A stretch of DNA of 64,000 nucleotides from Fidelibacterota bacterium (GCA_018674655.1 JABGZQ010000064.1:9019-73018); one strand, 5' to 3'; positions 45,413-54,757 are shown, counted from the first letter of the stretch. The notes: generated by a model not told the origin, from the sequence alone. A program made the numbers and translations.

Positions 45413-46531
45413 ATGAATAAAAATAAAATATTAGAATTATTAAAAACGGTTAATTACCCAGGTTTTAGTCGAGATATTGTTTCCTTTGGAATGGTGGATA
45501 ATGTATCTATAGATGGAGATACCATCAATGTTGAATTAAAAATCACCACACAAAATGAAGATAAAAAAACGTCTGTTATTAATGAAGTAAATAAAGCATT
45601 AGAAAATACAAATTCGTTTACCAATATCAAGATTACTATTCAGGAAGGCGCCCCGTCTTCTCCACAACCTCAAGAGCCCAAATCCCAAGAGCCGCCGCCG
45701 GCTGCACCTTTAGATGGGGTAAAACATATTATTGCAGTTGCGAGTGGAAAAGGTGGCGTAGGCAAATCAACGGTCGCAGCAAATATCGCACTTGGATTAA
45801 AAAATTCTGGCCACTCAGTTGGTCTTTTAGATTTAGATATCTATGGCCCATCCCTTCCTATTATTCTGGGAATCCAAGAACAGCCAGAATTAACGCAAGA
45901 TCGGAAGCTTGTTCCTTTAGACCACTTAGGAATGAAAATAATGAGTTTCGGATTTATAAGCGGAAACCAAACACCTATAATTTGGCGTGGACCTTTGGTA
46001 GCCCGAATGACCGAACAGTTTTTTCGTGATGTTGAATGGGGAGAATTAGACTATTTAATCCTTGATCTACCTCCAGGGACTGGAGATGTACACCTTACAT
46101 TAACACAAAAATTAAAAGTCGATGGTGTAATCATTGTAACCACACCGCAAGATATTGCCTTAGCCGATGTTAGTAAAGGTGCGGATATGTTTAAAAAAGT
46201 TCACACGCCAATCTTGGGTGTTGTTGAAAATATGTCCGGTCTATATATTGAGGGTAAGGCTGATAAAGGAAGTCAGGTAACGATCGAAGGTCAAGAATTA
46301 ATATTGGATTCAGATGGCCAATTTTCTCTTCGAATTGATATGTTTAAACGAGGCGGTGGGCAATCTGAAAGTGATCGATTGAATGTACCATTGTTAGGTG
46401 AAATTCCCTTAACGCAGGAGATTATGGAAGCCACAGATGCGGGTGAGCCAATTATCAGTAAAACCCCCAAAGCGCATGTATCTAAAATATATCAATCCAT
46501 TACTGAAAAGGTAATGAATGCACTGAACTAA
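45413..46531 (+). CDS. mrp: Mrp/NBP35/ApbC-family P-loop ATPase, completely cysteine-free
   Basis: 372 aa. N-terminal DUF59-like domain (LLKTVNYPGFSRDIVSFGMV), deviant Walker A AVASGKGGVGKST, DLPPGTGD, VVENMS. The translation contains no Cys residue, and the usual CxxC position is replaced by an insert. Confidence 0.8.
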   Translation: MNKNKILELLKTVNYPGFSRDIVSFGMVDNVSIDGDTINVELKITTQNEDKKTSVINEVNKALENTNSFTNIKITIQEGAPSSPQPQEPKSQEPPPAAPLDGVKHIIAVASGKGGVGKSTVAANIALGLKNSGHSVGLLDLDIYGPSLPIILGIQEQPELTQDRKLVPLDHLGMKIMSFGFISGNQTPIIWRGPLVARMTEQFFRDVEWGELDYLILDLPPGTGDVHLTLTQKLKVDGVIIVTTPQDIALADVSKGADMFKKVHTPILGVVENMSGLYIEGKADKGSQVTIEGQELILDSDGQFSLRIDMFKRGGGQSESDRLNVPLLGEIPLTQEIMEATDAGEPIISKTPKAHVSKIYQSITEKVMNALN

Positions 46532-47322
46532 TGTTCAATTATTTTACTGATATTATTGTCCTTATATTTCTTGGCTTTGCTATTGTATATCCATTTTTTC
46601 TTTGGATCGCTCCCCTTAAAAAAATAGACATTGGTTTTTATCGTTTTAATCTTGGCATGTGTTGTATTGTTGGGGCCATAGGTATTGCCTCATTTCAATT
46701 TCTTGACTCAAGTTTTATTTCTAAGATATATGTATGGGTCTGGTTTGGTGCATTCTTGATAATTACAGCACTATATTGGAACTCAGATCACATAAACAAT
46801 ATGGTGATTTCATCCCTTGCTTTATTTGGCACAGGTACGATGATAGGAGTTGTGGCCGATATAATTTTTGTCAAAATTTTTCCTGGTACCTGGTTTATTG
46901 TTCTATTGGGATCGGCTATTACCGCAGGGGTTTTTTTTGCTATGATATTGGGTCATTGGTATTTAAATGTTGTTGCATTGCCCATCAACTTGCTAAAAAA
47001 GGCCACCATAAGCCTATGGGTTTTATTGACAATTCGATTATTTTGGGATTTGGTTTATCTTTCAACTAATACGTTTACAAACAATTTCGGGATATCACGT
47101 AGCTTATGGTCATTCATGCTCCAATTTGATGGATTCCTCTTAGCGGTTGCTTTTTTTATGGGGAATATTGTACCTATCGTTTTAAACTTTTTTATCTGGC
47201 GCACTTTAACCCTTCAGGCAACTCAAAGTGCCACTGGACTGTTATATGTCTCAATCGTCTCAATTCTATTTGGAGATTTACTTTTTAAATACTATCTGAT
47301 TCAATATGGATTCTTAGTATGA
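46531..47322 (+). CDS. hypothetical polytopic membrane protein (about 8 TM)
   Basis: 263 aa and highly hydrophobic, containing GHWYLN and ATGLLYVS segments. The start overlaps the mrp stop by 1 nt (TAATG). Confidence 0.55.
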   Translation: MFNYFTDIIVLIFLGFAIVYPFFLWIAPLKKIDIGFYRFNLGMCCIVGAIGIASFQFLDSSFISKIYVWVWFGAFLIITALYWNSDHINNMVISSLALFGTGTMIGVVADIIFVKIFPGTWFIVLLGSAITAGVFFAMILGHWYLNVVALPINLLKKATISLWVLLTIRLFWDLVYLSTNTFTNNFGISRSLWSFMLQFDGFLLAVAFFMGNIVPIVLNFFIWRTLTLQATQSATGLLYVSIVSILFGDLLFKYYLIQYGFLV

Positions 47323-47705
47323 GTCAACTAGATTGTGAAGTTTGTAATAAAACAAAAACATTTTTAGAAGCGGTTAAATGTGATAAATGTCAGAAATCAA
47401 ATTTATTTGACTATAGCTTAAGTTTTTCTGAGTGCCCTGTTTGTGGGTGTAATCACCTTTATCGAAAAAAAGATTTTAATCAAGCAATTGGATGTATTAT
47501 TATTTTAATTGGTGCTTTGTTAGTCCCATGGACATATGGTGTTAGTTTGATTGTTCTATCCATTATTGATTTATTATTATATCGTCGAATCAAGGATTCT
47601 GTTGAGTGTTATAAATGTAAAACAGAATATAAAAATATGGCTGTACCAGAAGAGATAAGCCCATTTGACCATCACACAGCGGAACTATATGAATCAAGGG
47701 AATAG
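47319..47705 (+). CDS. membrane-anchored double zinc-ribbon protein (four CxxC pairs flanking a TM hairpin)
   Basis: 128 aa. C6xxC9, C21xxC24, C39xxC42, then a TM hairpin (about residues 57-88), then C97xxC100. The ATGA start overlaps the upstream gene. Confidence 0.55.
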   Translation: MSQLDCEVCNKTKTFLEAVKCDKCQKSNLFDYSLSFSECPVCGCNHLYRKKDFNQAIGCIIILIGALLVPWTYGVSLIVLSIIDLLLYRRIKDSVECYKCKTEYKNMAVPEEISPFDHHTAELYESRE

Positions 47706-47792
47706 TAAGAATGATTATTTATTGATTGCCCTCGTCGGAAAGAGTAAATTTACCAGCTGTATTTCAATTGATATTAATGCCAAACCCATTTC

Positions 47793-48542
47793 ATGCCGAC
47801 ATTGTTGAAAAAAGAAATCCTTGATCAAGGGGATATACCCACCCATATTGCCATAATTATGGATGGAAATGGGCGTTGGGCTAAGGCAAGAAACTTACCC
47901 CGGGTTGCTGGGCACGGCGAAGGAATTAACTCTGTGAGAGAAATTGTGCGGGCATGTGGAGAAATTGGTGTTTCCTATTTGACGCTCTATACTTTTTCAA
48001 GCGAAAATTGGCAACGCCCACGGACAGAAGTTTCTGCTATAATGAAGCTATTATTAGGAACGATAAAAAAAGAAATTAAAAACCTTCATAAAAATGGTGT
48101 CAAACTTTCTTCAATTGGAAATCTCGAAGAATTGCCAAAAGATTCTCGTGAAGGAATTCTTAATGGCATTGAAATGACCCGAAATAACAATGGACTTAAT
48201 TTAATTTTAGCATTGAGTTATGGTGGAAGGCAGGAACTATTGATGGCTATTCGGCGTATTGCAGATAAAATTCAATCAGGTGAAATGGAAAAAGATCAAA
48301 TTTCTGAAGAAAAATTAGTAAACGAATTATATACGACAAACGTACCAGATCCGGATTTATTAATAAGGACAGGTGGCGAGCATCGCCTTAGCAATTTTTT
48401 ACTTTGGCAATCTGCATATTCAGAACTTTATTTATCTGATATATTTTGGCCGGATTTTAGGGAAAATGAACTGATAACTGCCATTCTAGATTACCAAGCG
48501 CGCCAAAGAAGATTTGGAAAAACAGGGGAACAAATATCTTAA
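47793..48542 (+). CDS. uppS: undecaprenyl diphosphate synthase
   Basis: 249 aa. HIAIIMDGNGRWA, YLTLYTFSSENWQRP, RTGGEHRLSNFLLWQSAYSELY. Confidence 0.95.
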   Translation: MPTLLKKEILDQGDIPTHIAIIMDGNGRWAKARNLPRVAGHGEGINSVREIVRACGEIGVSYLTLYTFSSENWQRPRTEVSAIMKLLLGTIKKEIKNLHKNGVKLSSIGNLEELPKDSREGILNGIEMTRNNNGLNLILALSYGGRQELLMAIRRIADKIQSGEMEKDQISEEKLVNELYTTNVPDPDLLIRTGGEHRLSNFLLWQSAYSELYLSDIFWPDFRENELITAILDYQARQRRFGKTGEQIS

Positions 48543-50977
48543 TGAAAAAACTAATTCCATTTATTCTTTTGGCCTTCGTTGCTGCACAAGCGCCTCCATC
48601 TTTTAAACTTAAAGAGGTGCGGGTAGAAGGGAATAAAGAAACCAGCGAAAATATGGTTTTATATACAGCTGGTTTGCAGGCCGGGCAGGATGTATCTACA
48701 GAAGACTTTCGACGTGCAGTAAAACGCTTATGGGAATTAGGCGTTTTTAGTAATATTCAGATTCATTTTGAAGGCGAATCGCCAGAGGGAATTCTTATCT
48801 CTATTGAAGTTGAAGAATCCCCAGTACTTGGGAAAGTTATATTTAAGGGAAATAAAAAACTTAAAGACCGAAAGTTTAAAGATAAAATTTCATTTCAGCG
48901 TGGGATGCGCATCAAACCGAATTTCATGATAAAAACAATTAAAAAGATGAAAGATTTGTATATGGAAGATGGGTATTTCCTCGCAACAATTACGGGCGAA
49001 ATGATCCCATCGGAGACTGGAAACGATGACGGCAAACAGGATATTGTTTTTACAATAAAAGAAGGCAAAAAAGTTAAGATTAAGGATATTGTCATTGAGG
49101 GGAATGAGAATTATTTTGGTTGGGTTGCGGAAAAGTCATGGATTCCAATGCCAACCACTTTACGAAAAAAATTAACTTTATTTAAACTTAGATGGCAACT
49201 GAAAGAAACTAAAATTCGCTCTTGGTGGAAATTTTGGGCACCGGCATTTGACCAGAAAAAATATACAGAAGATAAAGACGTTCTGACTACTTTTTACCGA
49301 GACGAGGGATATCGGGACTTCACAATTTTATCTGATTCAATTTATTATGAACCCAAGAAAAAAGGCTTGGTTGTTCATATTAATGTGGACGAAGGAAGCC
49401 GTTATAAATACCGAAATTTTACATGGGAAGGAAACGCCTTATACGAAACTGAAATTCTTGAAAAAACTTTAAATTTGAGCGATGGAGACTATTATAGCAA
49501 ATCTGGTTTTGAAGAAGCCGTTTTTCAAAATGTGCAAAGCCTATATATGGATCGTGGTTATTTGTATAGTAGCATAGAACCATTTTTTACGCCGGTGGGA
49601 GAAGATGCTATCGATGTGCATTTCTCAATTACAGAAAACAATAAAGTATATATTAGAAATATCAATATTTATGGCAATGATAAAACTCGAGAAAATGTCA
49701 TTCGACGAGAACTAGATGTATTCCCCGGTGATTTATTTCGGCGAACATTATTGCAACGTAGTATGCGAAAACTCAATGTTTTAAATTATTTTGATCCAAC
49801 ATCATTGAGCCCTAATGTGATTCCTGTTGACGAAGATGAAATAGACCTTGATATTTCACTTGCAGAAAAATCGTCAGATAAAGCTAGCGCTAATATTGGT
49901 TTTACTGGAATTTATGGAATGACCGGGGGTGGTAACATTGAATTCAATAATTTCATGGGTAGGGGGCAAATTCTTTCATTTGGATTTAATGTTGGGACAC
50001 AAGTATCTGTTTACAACAATTATGGTAAGCCCGGGAAATATGAAAGTGTAGAAATGCGGTTTATGGATCCCATGTTTAACGATACGCCTAATCGAATCGG
50101 ATTTTCACTGCTATATCGATTTAGAGGTCAGGGCAATTCATTTTATTTTTATCCATTCGATGAAAGAACCCGAGGTGGATCAATCCAATGGGGCCGCCGG
50201 TTAAAATGGCCGGATGATTATTTTAGAGCTTACTGGGAAATGTCCTATATAAGAAGAGAATATAGTGGTGATGAAGAAACACTGAGCCAGTATTTTGGCA
50301 ATTTTCGAAAATCAACTGGTATCAGTTTAAAACAATCCATCAGTCGGGATAGTCGAGATCGAGCTGAATTTCCGACACAAGGATCGAGCGCAGCATGGAT
50401 ATCAACATTTTCCGGAGGAATTTTTGGTGGGGATGAAAACTATCATAAACATGTTTTGACTTTAGATTGGTATACACCTACATTCTGGAAATTTGTTTTA
50501 ACCAGTTCTTTAAAAATTGGGACCATTCAAATGTTAAATACGGATGATGGTGGTTTTACGTACATTCCACCCTATGAACGATTCATTATGGGAGGCAATG
50601 GCATTCCTTATGGGACAATGATGAGAGGGTATCCGGATAATTCTATCGGACCCACAACTTCACAGGGACGTGGAATTGGTGGTAACACAATGTTTAAGTA
50701 TTCAACTGAATTTAGGGTCCCTTTTTCTGAGAATCCGGTTGTATATGCTATGCTGTTTGCTGAAGCAGGTGGTGTTTGGAACGACACTCAATTGTTATCA
50801 CCGATGGGGTTCCAAAGGAGAAATCCATTGGAACTTAAACGAGCGGCTGGTATCGGCATCAGGTTTTTCATGCCCATGATTGGAATGCTTGGTTTCGATA
50901 TGGGATATGGGTTCGATGATATAACAGGTGATGGGAATCCTCAAGGTTGGGAATACACAATTATTTTTGGAAGATAA
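48542..50977 (+). CDS. bamA: outer membrane protein assembly factor BamA
   Basis: 811 aa with a signal peptide, POTRA repeats (VRVEGNKETSENMV..., IVIEGNENY, FTWEGNALY, INIYGNDKTRENVIRREL) and a C-terminal Omp85 barrel ending WEYTIIFGR. Confidence 0.93.
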   Translation: MKKLIPFILLAFVAAQAPPSFKLKEVRVEGNKETSENMVLYTAGLQAGQDVSTEDFRRAVKRLWELGVFSNIQIHFEGESPEGILISIEVEESPVLGKVIFKGNKKLKDRKFKDKISFQRGMRIKPNFMIKTIKKMKDLYMEDGYFLATITGEMIPSETGNDDGKQDIVFTIKEGKKVKIKDIVIEGNENYFGWVAEKSWIPMPTTLRKKLTLFKLRWQLKETKIRSWWKFWAPAFDQKKYTEDKDVLTTFYRDEGYRDFTILSDSIYYEPKKKGLVVHINVDEGSRYKYRNFTWEGNALYETEILEKTLNLSDGDYYSKSGFEEAVFQNVQSLYMDRGYLYSSIEPFFTPVGEDAIDVHFSITENNKVYIRNINIYGNDKTRENVIRRELDVFPGDLFRRTLLQRSMRKLNVLNYFDPTSLSPNVIPVDEDEIDLDISLAEKSSDKASANIGFTGIYGMTGGGNIEFNNFMGRGQILSFGFNVGTQVSVYNNYGKPGKYESVEMRFMDPMFNDTPNRIGFSLLYRFRGQGNSFYFYPFDERTRGGSIQWGRRLKWPDDYFRAYWEMSYIRREYSGDEETLSQYFGNFRKSTGISLKQSISRDSRDRAEFPTQGSSAAWISTFSGGIFGGDENYHKHVLTLDWYTPTFWKFVLTSSLKIGTIQMLNTDDGGFTYIPPYERFIMGGNGIPYGTMMRGYPDNSIGPTTSQGRGIGGNTMFKYSTEFRVPFSENPVVYAMLFAEAGGVWNDTQLLSPMGFQRRNPLELKRAAGIGIRFFMPMIGMLGFDMGYGFDDITGDGNPQGWEYTIIFGR

Positions 50978-50999
50978 TAATTAAATCAAGGAGTTAAAT

Positions 51000-51551
51000 G
51001 TGATTAGACAAACAATGAAAACACTAAGTATTGCAGCAATGATTTTGCCTGTTTTACTTATGGCGCAAAATAATATCGGATTTGTTCAATCCGATCGAAT
51101 TCGTGCAGAATACGAAGAATTCAAAGATGCAGAAGCACAGCTTCAGTTGGAATATCGACAAGTAAATGCTCAGTATAACTTAATGATCGTTGAGCTCGAT
51201 AGTATTAAACAGGCGTTTGAAACTCAACGTCTCATGAGTAGCCCAGAGTGGCGGAAAGAAAAAGAAGCGGAACTAATTGCACGCGAGCAATCAATTCAAA
51301 AATTTCAGGTCACAATGGTTGGCCCGGAAGGCGAACTTTATCGAAGACAAGCTCAATTAGAATTTGATATTTTATCAAAGGTTAAACGCGCTGTGGATAA
51401 AGTAGCTGCTGCAAAAAGCATTGATTTTATTATCGATGGTTCTGTAGCCTTGCTCTATGGAAATCCAACATATGATTTGACAGATGATGTTCTATTTGAA
51501 TTGCGCAAATACAATGTTTCTGACGATAAAGATTCAGCTAACAAAAAATAA
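51000..51551 (+). CDS. skp: periplasmic chaperone Skp (OmpH)
   Basis: 183 aa with a signal peptide and a coiled-coil-rich sequence (AEYEEFKDAEAQLQLEYRQ...). It sits in the bamA-skp-lpxD context. GTG start with AAGGAG 6 nt upstream; an alternative ATG exists at 51015. Confidence 0.8.
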   Translation: MIRQTMKTLSIAAMILPVLLMAQNNIGFVQSDRIRAEYEEFKDAEAQLQLEYRQVNAQYNLMIVELDSIKQAFETQRLMSSPEWRKEKEAELIAREQSIQKFQVTMVGPEGELYRRQAQLEFDILSKVKRAVDKVAAAKSIDFIIDGSVALLYGNPTYDLTDDVLFELRKYNVSDDKDSANKK

Positions 51552-51560
51552 TTTCGGTCA

Positions 51561-52574
51561 TTGGCCACGTTAAAAGAGTTGGCCGACATTGTACAGGGGA
51601 CTGTCGTCGGCAATACCGAATTGAAAATTAAAGGAGTCTCCACGATTCAGGATGGGAAACCTGAAACGATCACCTTTATTGCTCATCCCAAATATCTCAA
51701 ATTTGTTCAATCCACCCAGGCTGCAGCCGTGATTACCTCAAGTACAGAGAATTTGAAGGATAAAGATGGGATTCTTGTGGAAAACCCACAGTGGGCAATG
51801 GCAAAAGTATTGGGCCATTTTTCACCCAAATATTCTATCAATAGAGAGATTCATAAAACAGCTATAATTGCCTCAGATGTCTTGATCGGGGAAAATGTAT
51901 CCATTGGTCCATATACAATTATTGAAAAAGGGGTGGTTATCGGTGATAATGTTGTTATAGGCGCCAATAATATGATAGATATAGACACAGCTATTGGTCA
52001 GGATTCTGAGATTAAAAGTAATGTACATTTATACCCTCGGACTTCAATCGGGAAACGGTGTTTAATCCACTCCGGCGCTGTTATTGGTTCTGACGGATAT
52101 GGGTTTGTAAGCCAAAAAGAAATACATTTAAAGATCCCACAAAATGGAAAGGTTCTTATTGGGAATGATGTAGAAATAGGTGCAAATTGTACAATAGACC
52201 GGGGCACGATTGACAACACAACGATTGGAGATATGTGTAAATTTGACAATAGTGTTCAAATTGCCCATAATGTTACAATTGGAAAAGGCTGTTTGCTGAC
52301 AGCCCATGTTACAATTGCTGGTAGTACAAAAATTGGAGATTTCTGTCTATTCGGTGGGCAGGCTGGTGCAATTGATCATATTACAATAGGTGATCGATCG
52401 GTGTTTGCCTGTTATACTGTTGCAATGAAAAACCTTGTTGGCGGAAAAATTTATTCTGGAGTTCCTGCTCGGGAGATAAAAGTAAAAAACCATCAGGACG
52501 CTGTTCATGTTGAGGTAAAACAGTTGAAAAAAAGACTAAAACAGTTAGAAGAAAAATTTATAACAATACCATAA
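51561..52574 (+). CDS. lpxD: UDP-3-O-acylglucosamine N-acyltransferase LpxD
   Basis: 337 aa. It has an N-terminal LpxD domain (LKELADIVQGTVVGN...ITFIAHPKYLK) followed by a long hexapeptide-repeat LbH domain. TTG start. Confidence 0.9.
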   Translation: MATLKELADIVQGTVVGNTELKIKGVSTIQDGKPETITFIAHPKYLKFVQSTQAAAVITSSTENLKDKDGILVENPQWAMAKVLGHFSPKYSINREIHKTAIIASDVLIGENVSIGPYTIIEKGVVIGDNVVIGANNMIDIDTAIGQDSEIKSNVHLYPRTSIGKRCLIHSGAVIGSDGYGFVSQKEIHLKIPQNGKVLIGNDVEIGANCTIDRGTIDNTTIGDMCKFDNSVQIAHNVTIGKGCLLTAHVTIAGSTKIGDFCLFGGQAGAIDHITIGDRSVFACYTVAMKNLVGGKIYSGVPAREIKVKNHQDAVHVEVKQLKKRLKQLEEKFITIP

Positions 52575-52575
52575 A

Positions 52576-53985
52576 ATGGGTATTATAAAATATCAGCGTA
52601 CAATCGGAAAAGAAACATCCTGTGTTGGTATAGGTTTACATACTGGTGTTGAGTCAACAATCACATTTAAACCTGCGTCCGAGGATTTTGGTATTCGCTT
52701 TAAACGTATGGATGTGGATGGCGGGCCAGAAATACGTGCAGATATTGACCATGTTGTTGATATCTCTCGGGGCACAACAATTGAAGAAAATGGCGTAAGG
52801 ATCCACACGGTTGAACATGCGTTGGCGGCATGCGTTGGCATTGGTCTGGATAATGTTTTAATTGAATTAACAGAAAAAGAACCTCCAGTGATGGATGGTA
52901 GTTCAATTGATTTTGTAGAAGCATTGCTTAAAAGCGGTATCGTGAAACAGGATGCACCTAGAAATTATCTTCATATTGATGAAGCCGTGGGTTACTCTGA
53001 TTCAGAACGAGGTGTTGATATTCATATTATGCCATCAGATCAGTTTCGAATCACGTTTATGATAGATTATAAATATCAATCACTGGGAACCCAATTCACT
53101 ACAATGGATCAATTAGAGCAAAACTTTGCAAAAGATATTGCACCAGCGAGGACTTTTTGTTTTTTAAGTGAGGTTGAAACATTAAAGAAAAACGGTCTTA
53201 TTCAAGGGGGAAATCTGGAGAATGCTGTTGTAATTGTTGATAAAGAAATTGATCAGGCCGAAGCAGATAACCTCCGAGGGTTGTTTGGCATTAAGCAAGA
53301 AATTAGCTTGGGTGCGAATGGGATATTAAATGGGAAAAAATTGAGATTCGAAAATGAACCAGTCCGCCACAAAGCATTAGATTTAATTGGCGATTTAGCA
53401 TTATTGGGAATGCCATTACAAGGCCACATTATAGCATCAAAAAGCGGGCATGCTGCAAATGTCGAACTTGTAAAGCGAATCAAAAAAACGTATGAGAAGA
53501 AAATACTTCGCCAACGATTTCGAAAAAGCAATTCAACAGATATTTTATTTGATATTAATTCAATTTTAAGTCTCCTTCCCCACCGATATCCATTTGTTTT
53601 GGTTGACAGAATTATTGATATCACACCCGGGGAAAAACTAACTGCCATTAAAAATGTAACCATTAATGAACCGTTTTTTCAGGGGCACTTTCCTAATCAG
53701 CCTGTCATGCCTGGTGTCTTGGTTCTAGAAGCCATGGCGCAGGCAGGTTCTTTTTTAGTTCTCAACACCGTTGATAATCCCATGAAAAAGAATATGTTTT
53801 TCTCTTCATTAACCGAAGCAAAATTCCGGCATCCAATTGTTCCTGGCGATCAACTACGCCTTGAGATGGAATTAGAAAAGTTTAAGATGGGGACGGCTTT
53901 CCTTGTAGGGAAAGGTTATGTCGGCGATAAACTGGTGGCAGAAGGCAGACTAAAAGCTACAGTGGTGGATCGGGCAGGAGCCTGA
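52576..53985 (+). CDS. lpxC-fabZ: bifunctional UDP-3-O-acyl-GlcNAc deacetylase / 3-hydroxyacyl-ACP dehydratase (LpxC-FabZ fusion)
   Basis: 469 aa. The LpxC part shows QRTI, GIGLHTG, TVEHALAA, HKALDLIGDLAL, SGHAAN. The FabZ part shows LPHRYPFVLVDRI, NEPFFQGHFP..PVMPGVL.LEAMAQ. Confidence 0.93.
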   Translation: MGIIKYQRTIGKETSCVGIGLHTGVESTITFKPASEDFGIRFKRMDVDGGPEIRADIDHVVDISRGTTIEENGVRIHTVEHALAACVGIGLDNVLIELTEKEPPVMDGSSIDFVEALLKSGIVKQDAPRNYLHIDEAVGYSDSERGVDIHIMPSDQFRITFMIDYKYQSLGTQFTTMDQLEQNFAKDIAPARTFCFLSEVETLKKNGLIQGGNLENAVVIVDKEIDQAEADNLRGLFGIKQEISLGANGILNGKKLRFENEPVRHKALDLIGDLALLGMPLQGHIIASKSGHAANVELVKRIKKTYEKKILRQRFRKSNSTDILFDINSILSLLPHRYPFVLVDRIIDITPGEKLTAIKNVTINEPFFQGHFPNQPVMPGVLVLEAMAQAGSFLVLNTVDNPMKKNMFFSSLTEAKFRHPIVPGDQLRLEMELEKFKMGTAFLVGKGYVGDKLVAEGRLKATVVDRAGA

Positions 53986-53989
53986 AGCC

Positions 53990-54757
53990 ATCCACATTCA
54001 TCCCACAGCAATCATATCGCCAAAGGCGAATCTCGGTCAGAATATATCCATCGGTGCCTATACATTATTAGAAGATAACGTAACGATTGGAGATGGAACA
54101 TCTATTGGAAACCACAATACCATCTGCCAAGGGACCACCATTGGTTCAAATTGCACCATCTTTCATAATTGTTCAATTGGAGAATCACCTCAAGATTTAA
54201 AATATGCTGGTGAAGACACCACAGCAATTATAGGGAATAATGTAATAATTCGTGAATCTGTTACAATAAATCGAGGTACAATCGCTTATGGAAAAACAGA
54301 AATTGGTGATCATGTATTATTAATGGCTTGTTCTCACATTGCCCACGATTGTATTGTTGGTGACCATACAATCATTGCAAACTTGGCCACTCTAGGGGGT
54401 CATGTTGAATTGGGAGATTACGTCAATTTGGGTGGGGGAGTTTTGGTACACCAATTTGGCAAAATAGGGTCACACTCTTTTATCGGAGGCGGATATCGTG
54501 TGGTTCAGGATGTACCCCCATTCATTATCGCCGCTGGTGAACCACTTCGTTTTGGCGGGATCAATAAGATTGGTCTTCAACGACGTGGATATTCAGATGA
54601 GACAAGATCCCTTATCAAAAAGGCATACAGGTTTTACTTTATATCGAAAATGAATCGTTCGGATGCAATAAAAAAAATGAAATTAGAATTACCTGCCACA
54701 GACGAAATAAATGCAATTATTCAATTTATTGAATCTAGTGAGCGAGGAATTATTTAA
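53990..54757 (+). CDS. lpxA: acyl-ACP--UDP-GlcNAc O-acyltransferase LpxA; no canonical start codon for the conserved N-terminal half
   Basis: The track lists only 54323-54757. The same frame is open from 53954 and encodes IHIHPTAIISPKANLGQNISIGAYTLLEDNVTIGDG...SPQDLKYAGEDT...RESVTINRGT, which is the LpxA N-terminus. There is no ATG/GTG/TTG before 54323. AGGAG (53976-80) lies 9 nt upstream of ATC 53990. Confidence 0.75.
   Translation: MHIHPTAIISPKANLGQNISIGAYTLLEDNVTIGDGTSIGNHNTICQGTTIGSNCTIFHNCSIGESPQDLKYAGEDTTAIIGNNVIIRESVTINRGTIAYGKTEIGDHVLLMACSHIAHDCIVGDHTIIANLATLGGHVELGDYVNLGGGVLVHQFGKIGSHSFIGGGYRVVQDVPPFIIAAGEPLRFGGINKIGLQRRGYSDETRSLIKKAYRFYFISKMNRSDAIKKMKLELPATDEINAIIQFIESSERGII

Noticed and set aside
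53253-53663. 136-aa ORF antisense to lpxC-fabZ; also 52593-52924 and 51998-52249, antisense to lpxC and lpxD
   Set aside because: These overlap strongly conserved sense genes and show no protein-like features.
53962-53992. Programmed +1 frameshift fusing LpxC-FabZ to LpxA (RF2-like, at GCC TGA A)
   Set aside because: There is no slippery P-site codon, because GCC cannot re-pair in the +1 frame. The FabZ C-terminus ends at a normal position. An SD-like AGGAG is correctly spaced for independent initiation at ATC 53990. It is not excluded, but it is less likely than non-canonical initiation or a base-call error.
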